A stretch of DNA of 64,000 nt from Sarea resinae. Taxonomy: Eukaryota. Below are positions 1 through 12,330 of the stretch, piece after piece; the stretch's first letter is position 1, and each line of letters opens with the position of its first letter. The stretch spans positions 248,001 to 312,000 of the forward strand of contig JAPEUD010000001.1 in the NCBI GenBank assembly GCA_026026165.1, written 5' to 3'. The position numbers and the translations under genes are program-made. A model generated the notes under the pieces. The model did no database searches. It saw only the letters and a program-made list of their open reading frames with translations, and had not been told where the DNA came from.

Positions 1-1376
1 GATCCAGCCCTTCATCCTGGCCGCCAACTCGCCGGCCTCCTCGTCCTCCTTCAACCCACAGCTCACCAAGCGGCCCTTCCAGCTGATGGCGCGAACAGGG
101 CTCACGACGGCGGCGGTCCCGGCGCCAAACGCCTCGATCAGTCGGCCCTCGTCCGCCGCCTCGGCCAGCTCTGCCATAGTGTACTTTCGCTCCGTGACCG
201 CCCAGCCCTCGGGCACAAGCCGCTCTCGAGCGAGCGCGAGGATCGAGTCGCGCGTGACGCCTTCCAGGATGGTGCCGTCCAGAGGCGCGGTCAAGAGTTC
301 CTTCTGGCCCGTCTGCTTGTTGATTACGGCCGCGAAGAAGTTCATCGTCCCCACCTCGGTCACGTAGTCCTTTTCGCCGAACAGCCAGAGGTTCTGGTGG
401 AAGCCGCGGGCGGCTGCTTGCAGTTGCGGCACGATGCACGGCGCGTAGTTGGCGCCGAGCTTTTTGTCGCCCACGCCGCCGGGCCAGGCGCGCACGGCGT
501 AATCGGTCGCTTCGAGCGAGACGGCTTTGAATCCCGTCGGGTAGTAGGGGCCTACTGGGGAGGCGATTACGTAGAGCAGGGCGCTGCCTGGAGGGCCGAC
601 GCCGAGCGTGCGTTGTGTGCCGATTGCAGTGGGGCGTAGGTAGAGGGAGTAGCCGCGGGCACTATGTCTTTGAGATTAGATTTTTTGGCTGCTGGGAGGA
701 TGTTATGTGTGGAAGGGATGTTTGGAAAGAGGGGGAATTGTTGATTGTTGGTGGCTTGCTTACGCGGGGATGAAGCGTTCTTCAAGTTTCACGAATTTGG
801 AGAGCACGTCCATGAAGGCGGGGCCGTCGAACGTCGGCAGGGCAATGCGTGCGCAGGACTTGTTGAGACGAGCCATGTTCTTGTCGGGGCGAAAGAGGCG
901 GATGTTGCCTTGCTTGTCCTTGTAGGCTTTCATTCCCTCGAAGCACTCGAAGGCGTAATGGAAGACGCAGGTTGCGGGGTCGAGACTCAGGTTCTGGTAG
1001 GGGGTGATTCGCGGTGCGAGCCAGCCTTCTGAGGCCGTCCATTCGATGGAGAGCATGTGGTCTGGCGGATTTGAGACAGATGTTAGCGGATGCTGCTGGC
1101 TGACGGAGATCAAGTTTACAAACCGGTAAAAGTCCGGCCAAAGACGAGTTGTTCTGGCGGGGAGAGCTCTGACGGGGTGGTGGTCTTTGCGATCGAGAGC
1201 TTGGAAGAGTCAATGCCTGGCAGCTGCGACTGTGCCGGTGAGTCCACCTGGACGCTATAGAGTCTGCGTGCTTGGGAGACATAGCGGAGTGAAGCCAGCT
1301 GGGGAAGGCTGCGGCTTGCTCGTGTGGGGACGGTGACGGTGGAGGCGGGTAGCCTCCTGAGGCATTGACGGAGCAT
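1..1376 (-). CDS. BAT1: Branched-chain amino acid aminotransferase, mitochondrial precursor; 3' end runs off the window. Exons 1376-1124, 1061-764, 661-<1
   Basis: Spliced translation gives [45 protein letters not shown] and [12 protein letters not shown] (PLP lysine region). Arg/Ser-rich N-terminal presequence [10 protein letters not shown]. Canonical GT-AG introns. Confidence 0.95.
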
Positions 1377-2025
1377 GGTAGTGGTGGTGCTGAAGGGTCT
1401 GCAGGGAGATGGAGCTGGAGATGAAGACGGAGTTGATCGAGGCACGGGAGGGGCGGTATTTGATCCTTTTGCCTGCTCCTGAGTCAATTGGCGAGACGGT
1501 GATAGTGGTGATAATGAGCGCTGTGATCTTGTTACCTTCCCTCTCTCGGCATAGGTGCCGATATCGTCGCGGGCAGTACAAAGTACATAGTACCCGTTCA
1601 CTGATCGGGTCCATGATGTTCCGAGATCACACCCCTCGGCTGAACTAAAGTCCGAAGACGAGGGCAATCGGTGCCATCCGTGGATCAATGATGGTTCCCG
1701 AGTCCGTCATGCCCATTGGATGCATTAGCTAAGCCATCAACGACCTCATGAATCGATCGACAGGTGCCCCGTCATCTTGATTACGATCCGAGATAGCCTC
1801 AAGTCGAATCTCTGACCGGAGAAGCGACTCGCGGCCCAGAGATACCCAAGCTCCAATTGCTTCTTCCAAGTATACATCCAGCATACATCTCCTGGACCCG
1901 AGAGAGATGGGTGCCTGATGGCCCAATAGCCATTTGCGCGTTGCGCGACAGCACAACCACGCTCTTCAAAGGAATACAGGGCTGTGGCCCTTGCATCAAT
2001 TGTCAAATCAATCTCGGTGACCACG

Positions 2026-5000
2026 ATGTTCTCCTCGGCGCTGAAATCGTTTACCTCCAACATCTCCGCCAATTATACCATTGCCGCGACTCCCTCTTCC
2101 CTGGCGGGGCCATGGAAGATCTACGACGCAAAGAAGAAGTCCACGGGAAAGGCCGTCTCCGTCTTCATCTTTGACAAGAAATCATTGGACACGTCCTCCG
2201 GCGCGTTTGGAAGTCGATCCAGCGCATCGTCGGTGAGAAAGGCCCAGGAAGAAGTCATCAATCGACTGAAGAAGGAAGCAAGCTCGCTGGCTCGACTGCG
2301 TCATCCCAGCATACTCGAGCTCGCTGAGCCAGCCGAAGAGACGCGGAATGGTGGGCTTATGTTTGCGACGGAGCAGGTGACGGCTTCGTTGTCGGGGCTG
2401 TTGCAGGAAAAGGACGACCAAGAAAGGGCGGGTGGCGTCGGCGGCAGGAGTAGTCGAATTGTCGTGGAAGCTCGAGAGGGAGGCGGCAGAAGGAGGCGGG
2501 AGGTTGAAATCGATGAATTGGAAATACAGAAAGGCTTGTTGCAAATAGGCAAAGGGCTTGAGTTTTTGCACGAGAGTGCCGGCATGGTCCACGCGAATCT
2601 CACCCCTGACGCAATCTACATCAATGCTAAGGTGAGAATTCTTTATAGATATAGAAAGATGTTGAGCTGAACGACCTTGCAGTCTGACTGGAAATTGTCC
2701 GGGCTTGGTTTCGCTGGTCCACCGGACGGTGCCGAGACAACGACTACTCCTCCCATACTCTTAGCTGAAGTCCTGAATCACGACCCACGTCTTCCGCGAT
2801 CTGTCCAGCTCAATTTGGATTATACCTCTCCTGATTTCATTTTCGATTCTAACATAACAGCCGCGGCAGACTTATTTTCCCTAGGTCTTGTTATCATCGC
2901 TCTTTACAATTCGCCCCACACGTCACCCCTGCAGACGAACGGCAATCCCTCGACCTACAAAAAGCTCTTTAATTCTTCTGCACAGATTCCCTCACAATCG
3001 AATAACTTCCTCTCCTCTAGACCACTACCCAAAGATCTTGCTGCTACGGTGCTCCCGCGGCTGATCACGAGGAGACCTGCGCAGCGAGTATCCGCCCGAG
3101 AATTCCAGCAGTCGCAGTATTTCGACAATATACTAGTCTCAACTATCCGATTTCTGGATTCACTCCCGGCAAAGACGCCACATGAGAAGTCTCAATTCAT
3201 GCGAGGCTTGCCCCGAATTCTCCCCGAATTCCCTAAATCTGTCTTGGAGAAGAAAGTCCTTCCTGCTCTGCTGGAAGAAATGAAAGACCGAGAGCTTCTG
3301 TCGCTGGTCTTGCAAAACGTTTTTCGGATAGTGAACTTGATGCCATCAGCTAGACGAGCTTTCACCGACAAAGTAATACCTCAGCTAAGAGAGATCTTCT
3401 TGAGTTCTTCCTCGGCCAAGGGGCAGCCAGAGAGAGATGCTGGAAAAGAAAGTGGCATCATGGTTCTGCTTGAGAATATTAAAACCATTGCCGACAATTG
3501 CTCTGGCAAAGACTTCAAAGATGGTGAGCCTGCGAAACCAACACTTCAGACAGTCCTTGCTGACCTCAGAACCAGACATTCTACCTATTCTATATCTTGC
3601 CATCCAATCACCAACCCATTCGTTGGTCGATTCTTCACTGAAGGCCCTTCCCACTGTCCTTCCCGTGCTAGACTTTCCTACCCTAAAAAATGAGCTCTTC
3701 CCAATCATCGCAACCGTATTCAGCAAAACTTCAAGCCTGCAGATCAAAGTCGAAGGCCTAAACGCCTTTTACGTTCTCTGTGGAGGTGTTTCTGAAGCAG
3801 GAGAAGATCCAAACGGAGATGGGCTTACAGGGGTAGTGTCGAAAGAGCACCGTGACTCAAGAAAAAGGGGTAGTGCAGCCGCGTTGGACAAATATACCAT
3901 GCAGGAAAGAATCATACCATTACTTAAGGGTATCAAAACGAAAGAGCCAGCAGTGATGGTAAAATTCTCTTTCTATTGCAAATCCCAAGTCGCTTTTTCC
4001 CCTGCTAACCGACTTCTCTTCTGCAGATGGCCGCCCTCTCGGTCTTCAAACAAGTGGGTCAAGTCGCCGATATAGATTTCATCGCCACGGAAATCCTGCC
4101 CACCCTCTGGACGTTCAGTCTCGGTCCCCTGCTTAATCTTTCCCAATTCCAGGCCTACATCTCCCTTATCAGAGCACTGTCGAATCGCATTGAGGAGGAA
4201 CAGACGAGGAAATTACAGGAGCTGTCGTCTTCGAATCCGATGTCCTCCCGTATCGACGACTTTGGCCGTGGTGGTAGTCTCAGCCCTGTGAACGGTGCCG
4301 GCGGCACTCTTGGTGGTGGTGCAGGTGACGCAGACTTTGCTAGTTTGGTATCAGGCAAGAAGGCCACGGTTGCGTCTATGGATGATAATTTCCTGGGGGA
4401 CAACTTCAACGACGGCTGGGGCGCTGCCGATCGATCACCAGCTATCCGCTCACAGTCCCTGCGTCAGACCCCTTTGAGAACAACAGCAGCAGCAGCAACG
4501 GCTTCACCCACCTTTACCTGGTCCACCGCCCCCGATCCCGCGAACCAGCAGCAGCAGCGACAACAGCAGGCGTCAACGATGACGACACGCAACTCAAGGA
4601 CCATAACGCCCGACCTAACCGGGTTCGCCTCGCTGCATCCCACGAGCAATAATAATGCTGTGGCTACGAACACCAGCGCTTCTGCATTCCCAGTCATGAA
4701 CTCCATGATGAATAACACGACAAACACTAATGCCAACAATCACTGGATGTCTTCAGCCACCGCTCATAACAACAATAACAACAACACGGCATTCCCCACC
4801 ACGCTCCCGCTTCGACCATCGCAGCCAGCGTCCAGTTTCTCCTCTATGCAACCTACATTTTCCTCGCCACCGTTCCAATCACAACCACAACCACAACCAC
4901 AACAACCGCAGAGAACCAGTTCCGCTCTATCTGCCTTCAGCATCGCCCCGCCCCCTCCCTCTACGTCTACGTTTACTTCCTCACCTTCTCCTGGTCCGAG

Positions 5001-5178
5001 TACCATGCGATATGGTGCTGGCATCGGTGCTGGCATGAGTGCCCCGGTTGGGACAGGAGGGTCCAGTCTCTCTCAATTACAGCTACAGCAACAAACGATA
5101 GCACAGAGGCAGGGGCAGGGGCAAGGACAGCCACAAGCACCATCGCAAGGACTAGACGCATATGCCAGCTTATTATGA
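2026..5178 (+). CDS. SCY1: SCY1-like protein pseudokinase with HEAT repeats and low-complexity tail. Exons 2026-2631, 2683-3523, 3576-3958, 4027-5178 (993 aa)
   Basis: MFSSALKSF start; LKKEASSLARLRHPSIL; degenerate catalytic loop VHANLTPDAIYINAK and DWKLSGLGF; KEPAVM; C-terminal GLDAYASLL. Frame is preserved over three introns. Confidence 0.93.
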
Positions 5179-6745
5179 ATTGCATTTGTCGCTCTAGGTT
5201 TATTTCATCCTTGAATTTTTCTCTCGCTATTCATTTAGGGTCCGAGAGACGGGAATAGGACTCTGGTTTAGCATTGGTAGAATGAAGTACGAGCTCGTGT
5301 TGAATTGGTGGCGAGAATTTGACGATATCAGATCGCGTTTCCCTAACATTGATCGCGCCTTGAGCCCAACCCCTCAGGAGTCCCTTGTACCAGTGTTATC
5401 GCCAGATCGACCTCGACCGTCTGCAGTCTTGATCCGAGCTTTTACATGCTGATCAATGGATTTGATGCGACGTGATCAGTGTTGATCGGGAGATGTACTC
5501 CAGAGTCGAGTGTTCGGTCAAGGATGTGAGGTGGAGAGACACGATCATAACGGCCCAGCTAGGTAGGTATCATCGGAGCAGATGCATCATCAAGCAGTAT
5601 GCAGCAGACGTAACCCGTACTTCGTATTCACCCGTGGACGTAAGGTACTTCCTTCAGACTCTGTGGGTGGCTGGAGATCTTGGTCACCGTATGTTCCAGA
5701 TTTGATTCACATTCGTGTGCCAAGTTGTTCGACTTCTGCGACTGACTAATCCCATAGAGTAAGGTCGTCAGCCGTCCTAACACCACTCCCCGTCCTCCCA
5801 ATCGCCCGCTCCCGTAGAGGTACTTGTAGATCATTCTACGAAGTACCTGCGCCCGTGGCCGAGCGTGACGTGAAAGTACGGGATACTTGCTGTCTTCATC
5901 TCGCTAATCCGCTTGCCCTCGCCTGTCGCTCCTACTGCGCCGTCTGTACACCAGGAAGGCATCACTCCAATGTCCCTCGCGACTTCCCTTGGTACCAGGG
6001 ACCAGCACGGTACCAGCTACGATCGAGCACCGAGGTACCTACCTCACTCACTCACTCACTCGCTCACTTACCTGGACAGTTCCATTGCGCAAGGGGCCGA
6101 GGGGCCACTTAGCAGTGCAGGTGTGGCCTCAGCACTCAGCATCCTCAATTAGCCAGCGCTTGTCCTCTTTCGGACACAAAGACGGAGGTTGCTACACCCA
6201 CCCCCAAAGCTCAATTACCCTCCTCAAACCACCTCACCTCTACGACCGACCGACCCATCAGCTCCCTCCTGACAGCTTCCGTTCTCCCTTTCACGCCGAC
6301 TCGTGGGAGACTCCCACTCCACCACGGATCTCAAACAACTCGGATCCTCCGTTCAGGACGTGCCTCTGAGGCTGTCCAAGCTGCCCTCGTAAACTATCAG
6401 TCCTTCCTCCCGTCTCCATACCTCAGTTGTGCCTCTTACGTTCGCTATCGGTGGAGTGATACAGCCCCGGGTCGTCGCTGATTGCCCGCCACGAAGACAG
6501 ACACGCATCTGGAAAAGTGAATCAGTTCCGAGCTTGATCTGGGTCTGGCACGGACTCGGCCATATTCATCGATTGAGTTCATCTCCGTGGCCTTGTCCAA
6601 GTTAGGCCATCATTGTGGTATGTACGCGCCATGCATTCCTGTGATGAAGTCTCAAATGCTCCTTGTCATCTCGATGAATGGCGATGTTTTGATGTGCATG
6701 CTCGTTAGAGAAAGGCAGCTGACCGAACGTCTGAAGCTTCAAATC

Positions 6746-8191
6746 ATGGAACCTTGGCAATCGTGGACTGTTGTTTTGCTCGGCGGTGGAGCCGCGTGGT
6801 GGTATTATAATAGACAAAACAATGCCCGAGGAAAACAGGCTCGTGCTGTTTTGGCTCCAGAGCAGGGACAGAAGCGGCCCACTAAGCGTCGCGAAGACAG
6901 CAGCCGCGTTAAACGGAAAACAGATGGCAATACTGTCAATCCAGAGTTGAGTGGTGCCGATCAGCCAGAGCCTCAGGCAGTACCGGTACCAAGCGTCTCG
7001 GTGAGCTCGGCGAAGCAGGCGAGGAAGAGAAGGTCTGGAAAGAAAGCGCCTGGGCAATCGGCAGCCAGTTCCGCTGTGGAGACGCCAGAGAGTGCAAGCG
7101 GTGTCGCGAGTGAGGCAGATGGCACTGACGAGGGGATCGACAACAAGGAGTTTGCCAGGCAGCTTTCGGGAATTAAAGCCGGAACTTCCTTGGCTCCACC
7201 AGCAAGTGCAGGCTCTGGGAAGAAGGCTGCTCGTTCAGTACGCACCAGCGCGCTCTCGAAGGTTCGCTCAGAGGAGTCATTCAACGAAGGCAACAGCAAG
7301 ATCACTTCAACGCCTCTAGATGTTTCCACTACTTCATCTACCACTGGGGCTGATGCCGATGATGATCTGTCGCCAGCTGCTTCACCAGCTCTCGGAGCCG
7401 TGTCTAGTGACTCTGCTCACGCGCGTCTGGACGTATCAGACATGCTGGAGGCTCAAAACGCGGGACCTTCTGTGCTCCGATTGACAGAGTCGACTCGCCC
7501 TATTTCTGCGAAGCAAGCGCAGCATCAACGGCCCTCACAAGTTCCCGAGACTAAGAAGCAGCGCCAGAATCGAAGAAAGGCCGAGGAAAAGAAACTTCTA
7601 CGCCAGGAAGACGAAAAGGAACGTCGTGTCCTCTTGGAGAAGCAACTTCGCACCGCCAGGGAGGCTGAGGGGAGACCGGCTAAGAATGGTCTCGCGCCCT
7701 CATCTACGCCTACAACGAGTGCCTGGGCTGCGCAAGCCAGAGTGGCTGATGATAACGTATCGGCTACAGCGGGGACCCCCACGGCAGGTCACTCTCCACT
7801 TTTGGACACCTTCGATCACGACGAAGGAAACAGTACCAGTGCTAATGATCTCGCTTCCAATGGCACGTCTGCTACGACTGTTTCCAATGCTTGGGAGCGC
7901 GATCTTCCGTCCGAAGAAGATCAAATGAGAATGCTTACGGAAATCAATCAGGAGGCAGGATGGAACACCGTCCCCAAAGGTCGCAAGGGAAAGAAGAACA
8001 ATTCTAAATCTGGAGATTCTGACAGTAACGATGCCGCGAAACCGGTGGCGATCTCAAATGGAAATGCCAAGCAGTACATTAGCAAACCCGACGGATCCGA
8101 GTCGAGCTCTTCATGGGGCGCTTCCAATGGACCTTCGGCCCCTACGGAGTGGGTGCCAAACCCTAATGATTCGGACTGGGCAGTTGTCTGA
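6746..8191 (+). CDS. Uncharacterised protein with N-terminal membrane anchor and long disordered K/R/S-rich body (481 aa); probable 5'-UTR intron 6618-6736
   Basis: Long ORF. ATG 6746 follows GTATGT...GCTGAC...AAG intron signals. WTVVLLGGGAAWWYY hydrophobic segment; coiled-coil-like ETKKQRQNRRKAEEKK...EKQLRTAREAEG. Confidence 0.85.
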   Translation: MEPWQSWTVVLLGGGAAWWYYNRQNNARGKQARAVLAPEQGQKRPTKRREDSSRVKRKTDGNTVNPELSGADQPEPQAVPVPSVSVSSAKQARKRRSGKKAPGQSAASSAVETPESASGVASEADGTDEGIDNKEFARQLSGIKAGTSLAPPASAGSGKKAARSVRTSALSKVRSEESFNEGNSKITSTPLDVSTTSSTTGADADDDLSPAASPALGAVSSDSAHARLDVSDMLEAQNAGPSVLRLTESTRPISAKQAQHQRPSQVPETKKQRQNRRKAEEKKLLRQEDEKERRVLLEKQLRTAREAEGRPAKNGLAPSSTPTTSAWAAQARVADDNVSATAGTPTAGHSPLLDTFDHDEGNSTSANDLASNGTSATTVSNAWERDLPSEEDQMRMLTEINQEAGWNTVPKGRKGKKNNSKSGDSDSNDAAKPVAISNGNAKQYISKPDGSESSSSWGASNGPSAPTEWVPNPNDSDWAVV

Positions 8192-9669
8192 GTCCCTGCG
8201 TGAGCCAACTACTCTCATCTCTATACGACTTTGAGACTGTCGACAGGCTTCGAGAACCTTCAGGCCAGGTTGAGGATAGTGTGGTTGCGAGCAGGCAACC
8301 CACTTATCAGAAAGGGTTGGGTTGGCTCAATTCCGAAGCTGTACTGGCTTCTGCATTGATACTTGTCGACGTCGGGCACATGCTGGAGGCATAAGCTTTC
8401 AACGACTCCATTCCCTTCTGCTATGAAACTTTCTTTTCACTTCCGTCACTTGTTTCTATTGTTTTGATGACTCTTTTCCCGCAAGCGCAATGCGTTCAGT
8501 CTCCGAAAAAGTCAATTTTGTACACAGGTCTGCGCTGCATACGCACCACGGTGCGAGGGGGTCTTTCATGGACAGCAAATCATCACATTACGGGAGAGCT
8601 GTACATCTCGGCGTTTGTTCTGTAAATGTTGCATGCATCGGACATCACCTTCCTACATCCCGCGAGCTTTCCGCCGGATATCCTTCCCAAATCTCCTTCA
8701 TTTTCTTTCTGGCCTGTTTCGCTTGCTTGCTTGATGTATTAACTAAGCTCATCACTTGGCCTGTCCTTTAGCATCGGATTCAGAGGATGCGGTCGCTAGT
8801 TCCTGGTCGTTAGCACAATAAATCTTGATACGTGACCCGCGGGGAAGCTGAAGCTGCTCCGGTAAAGAGAGCAATGTGCAGTCTGTGAATAATTTCCTTC
8901 TTTCAACTCTCTGGCTCTGGCCTCCGTCAAGGTTGGGCAATCCCATGAAAGCATTCGTCAATCATCCTTTTTTAAAGACTGCACCAGAGTCCACTCGAAG
9001 AAGTATAGATGCCGAATGAAATCTCACACATCATGCGATCTTAGTTGAACAGAAATCATCTTCAAAGCAATGCATGAAGGACAGGTGTCAACAACAATGA
9101 TAACAACAACGGAACAGACTGCAGCTCGTGAGTTCGTCCGAATGCCCGAATGGAGGGGCAGTCGGTCCAAGCAGGTACGACGGGTCGGGAAGGTGCCGAA
9201 AGCGTCCAAAGGGACCTTGCATTCCTCTTGTTCGATGTGTTCGATGTGTCGAGTTGTCGATTTGTCCCAGGTCGCTTCTGAGGTACTTACGCAGTAGGTG
9301 GTACTTCCTACTTGCCGCAAGTACTCCGTACTTCATACCGCGGTACGGCGGCACTGCCAGATTCGGGCGTCACGAAACAACGTCAGTTCACGTCGTAGTA
9401 GTGTACAGGTGCCTACTCGGTACGTTTTAAGGTAGCGTGTCCTTTCTCGAACTGCTCCTGCTACTGCCCTAACAGCTGCCAGACGATAACGCACGCCGTC
9501 CGCCCCTCATTCTCCTCTGCATGAACCCTGAGATTGTGCATCACAGTTCTGCTTGAAAGTCAGCTTTCATATACCCATTCCTCTCCCTGTCTCTCTCTTT
9601 GTCTCTGGTCCCTGTGCGGCGTCAGCAGCAGCAGCAACAACAACAAGAGCTACCGCTACCGCTATAACT

Positions 9670-10915
9670 ATGGCGCAAATACGTGGGACCGCGAGCTATA
9701 ATCTGGGCAACCAGAATCCCTTCGGCGGGCCTGGGAGAGCGGATGCGACGGATGATCCCAGTCCATTGGACGCGATACGAGAGCAGACCAGCAAGATTGA
9801 AGACTGGCTGGAGACGCTGTCGGATCCCGTCAAGCCGTAAGTGTCCCGTCTTCGTCCATGCCGCCCTTGGCAAAGTGACAGAGCTGGAGGGCTGGCATTA
9901 GGATCTGTGTTTCAGAGGATCATTGGAGCTCTATGACTGACCATTGATGTCTGGCATAGTTATCTACCAGCTCTTGGACGCTTTTTGATCGTTGTTACCT
10001 TCTTGGAGGATGCTCTACGGATCATAACACAATGGAGTGATCAGCTACTCTACCTTCACGATTACAGACACAGTATGTCTCCTTCTACGGCCTATTCGGC
10101 CTCCGTTTACCTTACATCGTTCATCAAATGGCGCCTACTTGGCTGGACTGACTGAACCTTGATAGTCCCTTACGGCCTAACCCATCTGTTCCTCGCCGTG
10201 AATGTGGTGGCTATGCTCACATGTAGCATCCTTGTCATCGCCCGAAAACACTCCGAATATGCCGTCACGGGACTCTTCGGCGTCGTGGTCACCCAGGCCT
10301 TGGGGTACGGTCTCATCTTTGACATCAATTTCTTTCTGCGCAACCTCTCCGTCACCGGTGGCCTCTTCATGGTCCTCTCCGATTCCTGGGTCCGCAAGCG
10401 ATTCGCGCCCGCTGGGCTACCCTCGGTGGACGAAAAGGATCGCAAAATGTACTTTCAGCTGGCAGGCAGGATCCTGCTTATTTTCCTCTTCCTGGGCTTT
10501 ATATTCTCCGGCAAGTGGAACTTCTGGCGCGTGCTGGTCAGCATATTCGGGTTTATCTCTTGCGTCATGGTGGTGGTGGGGTTCAAAGCAAAGTGGAGCG
10601 CGGTCATATTGGTCGTGATCCTCAGTATCTTTAACATTTTCGTCAACAACTTCTGGACGGTAAGTGAAAGAACAGGCATTCTAGGAATGTCCAGGCTGCA
10701 AAGACTAATTTCGGCTTTCTCAAGCTCCACGCGCATCACCCACAAAAAGACTTTGCGAAATACGATTTCTTCCAGATCCTTTCCATCGTGTGAGTTTTTA
10801 TCTTACATCCATTCCAAATCATGAAGCTCATTTTGATACCAGGGGTGGTCTACTACTTCTGGTAAACATGGGACCAGGGCATATCAGCGTCGACGAAAAA
10901 AAGAAGGTCTATTAA
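9670..10915 (+). CDS. ERV29: SURF4/Erv29 COPII cargo receptor. Exons 9670-9836, 9960-10072, 10166-10659, 10725-10789, 10843-10915 (303 aa)
   Basis: KPYLPALGRFLIVVTFLEDALRI, FFLRNLSVTGG, KDFAKYDFFQILS and C-terminal dilysine signal SVDEKKKVY. Confidence 0.95.
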
Positions 10916-11307
10916 GTGATAAAGAGGGTCGAGGAGTGACGATGATGACGATGAACAATGTGGGCGAAAAAGGGGGCCCCTCTTTTAGAACGTTTATTCT
11001 TTTTTCTTATTCCTTGCAGCGACGACACGGTGAGGCATACCTCTCTCCTCTCATGAACAGACGAGGAGGCCCCCCTCTCGCCGGCCCCCCCAAAAAAAAA
11101 GCAACGGGAGTGGAGTTTTTCTATTGCCTTGTGTGTTTGTGTGGTCTTATATGCCTGTGTACCTGTTTCTCCTATGAAGGCATGGTCGAGCTGTGAATGA
11201 ATGGAATCTTTCCCTTTACTTTTTTTGCTCCTTTCAGACTCCCTGGGTGCTTTGTGCTAGTCTGCGCTCTACCGTGTGACATGATGTGTGATGTGCTTTT
11301 TTATGTT

Positions 11308-12330
11308 GGGGGGGGGGGGGAGAGAGAGAGAGAGAGAAAGAGGACTATATCTTGCCCCTATCTCTCTCGGGCGTGCGTATGTCAATCGCTGGGGGTTTGG
11401 TGGGAGATGGAACTGCACACGTCTCTTGAGAGTTCCCCCTCGCGCTTCCTTCATCATTGGGTACCTAGACGGGATGCGCGGCGGGCCATGTGAGAGTAGG
11501 TCGGTAGGTCGGTAGGCAGGTAGGTAGGTAGGTAGGTAGGTAGGTTGGTCGGCAGATGAGGTGGAGTGAGAAGAGGGTGGTGCCGAGAAGAGAAGAGAAG
11601 AGAAGAGAAGAGGGTCTATTTTAGCTAGCTAGCTATGTGGGTGAGTACTACTATGTAAGGTTGGTAGCTGAGGTATGTCGGTGAGTCTAGAGTCTAGAGT
11701 GTAGGTATCGAGGCAGAGACAGCCACAGAGCAGAGTAGCACTTGGAGCCTAGAGCAGAGGACAGATAATAGTTGTCCTTGTGACCATTCATTTGTTGTTT
11801 ATTTAGTGTAGTGTAAGGCGTGAGGGATGAGGTCGTAAGGTGTTAGGCGTGTAGTTTCTTCTGTCTTCTTTGTAAGAGAGTAGGTTTTTACTAGTATTTG
11901 CCTTTATAGTTTTTAGGGGTTTATCTTCCTAAGATTAGAAGAAAAGAGAGAGAGAGAGAGTTAAGAGAGGTAGAGAGTAGAGGGTAGAGAGTAGATAGTA
12001 GAGAGGTTAGAGAGTAGAGATAGAGATAGAGATAGAAGAAAGATAAAGAAGAAAGAGATAAGGAAGAGATAAGGAAGAGAATAAGAGAGAGAGAGAGAGA
12101 GAGGCTATAGTATACTCCTACCTACCTTACCTAATTTTTAACTAGCTACCTACCTAAGTAGCTAGATATAGAGAGACTTATAGGATAAGAGGTAGATAAG
12201 GTAGATAATAGCTAGAGAGAAGAATAGGACTATAGTAGCTAAGATATCTATCTCTATAAGAGGAGTATAAGAGAAGTATTAGAGGAGTATAAAAGTAGTG
12301 TAAATATAGTAAGTAGGTAGGTAGAGCGAC
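11308..12330. repeat. Microsatellite mosaic (G-run, (GA)n, (GGTA)n, (GAGAA)n) grading into a TpA-rich, CpA/TpG-poor island
   Basis: Directly visible tandem arrays; core 11881-12325 is nearly devoid of CA, TG and CG dinucleotides. Confidence 0.85.

Noticed and set aside
6480..6560. GAGCTTGATCTGG resembles part of a fungal TPP riboswitch
   Set aside because: The following ATAATACCAGCG and a properly spaced CTGAGA are absent, and the gene has no link to thiamine.
6587..6745. N-terminal extension of the 534-aa ORF in the track
   Set aside because: It starts at GTG and spans a probable 5'-UTR intron (6618-6736); ATG 6746 is the better start.
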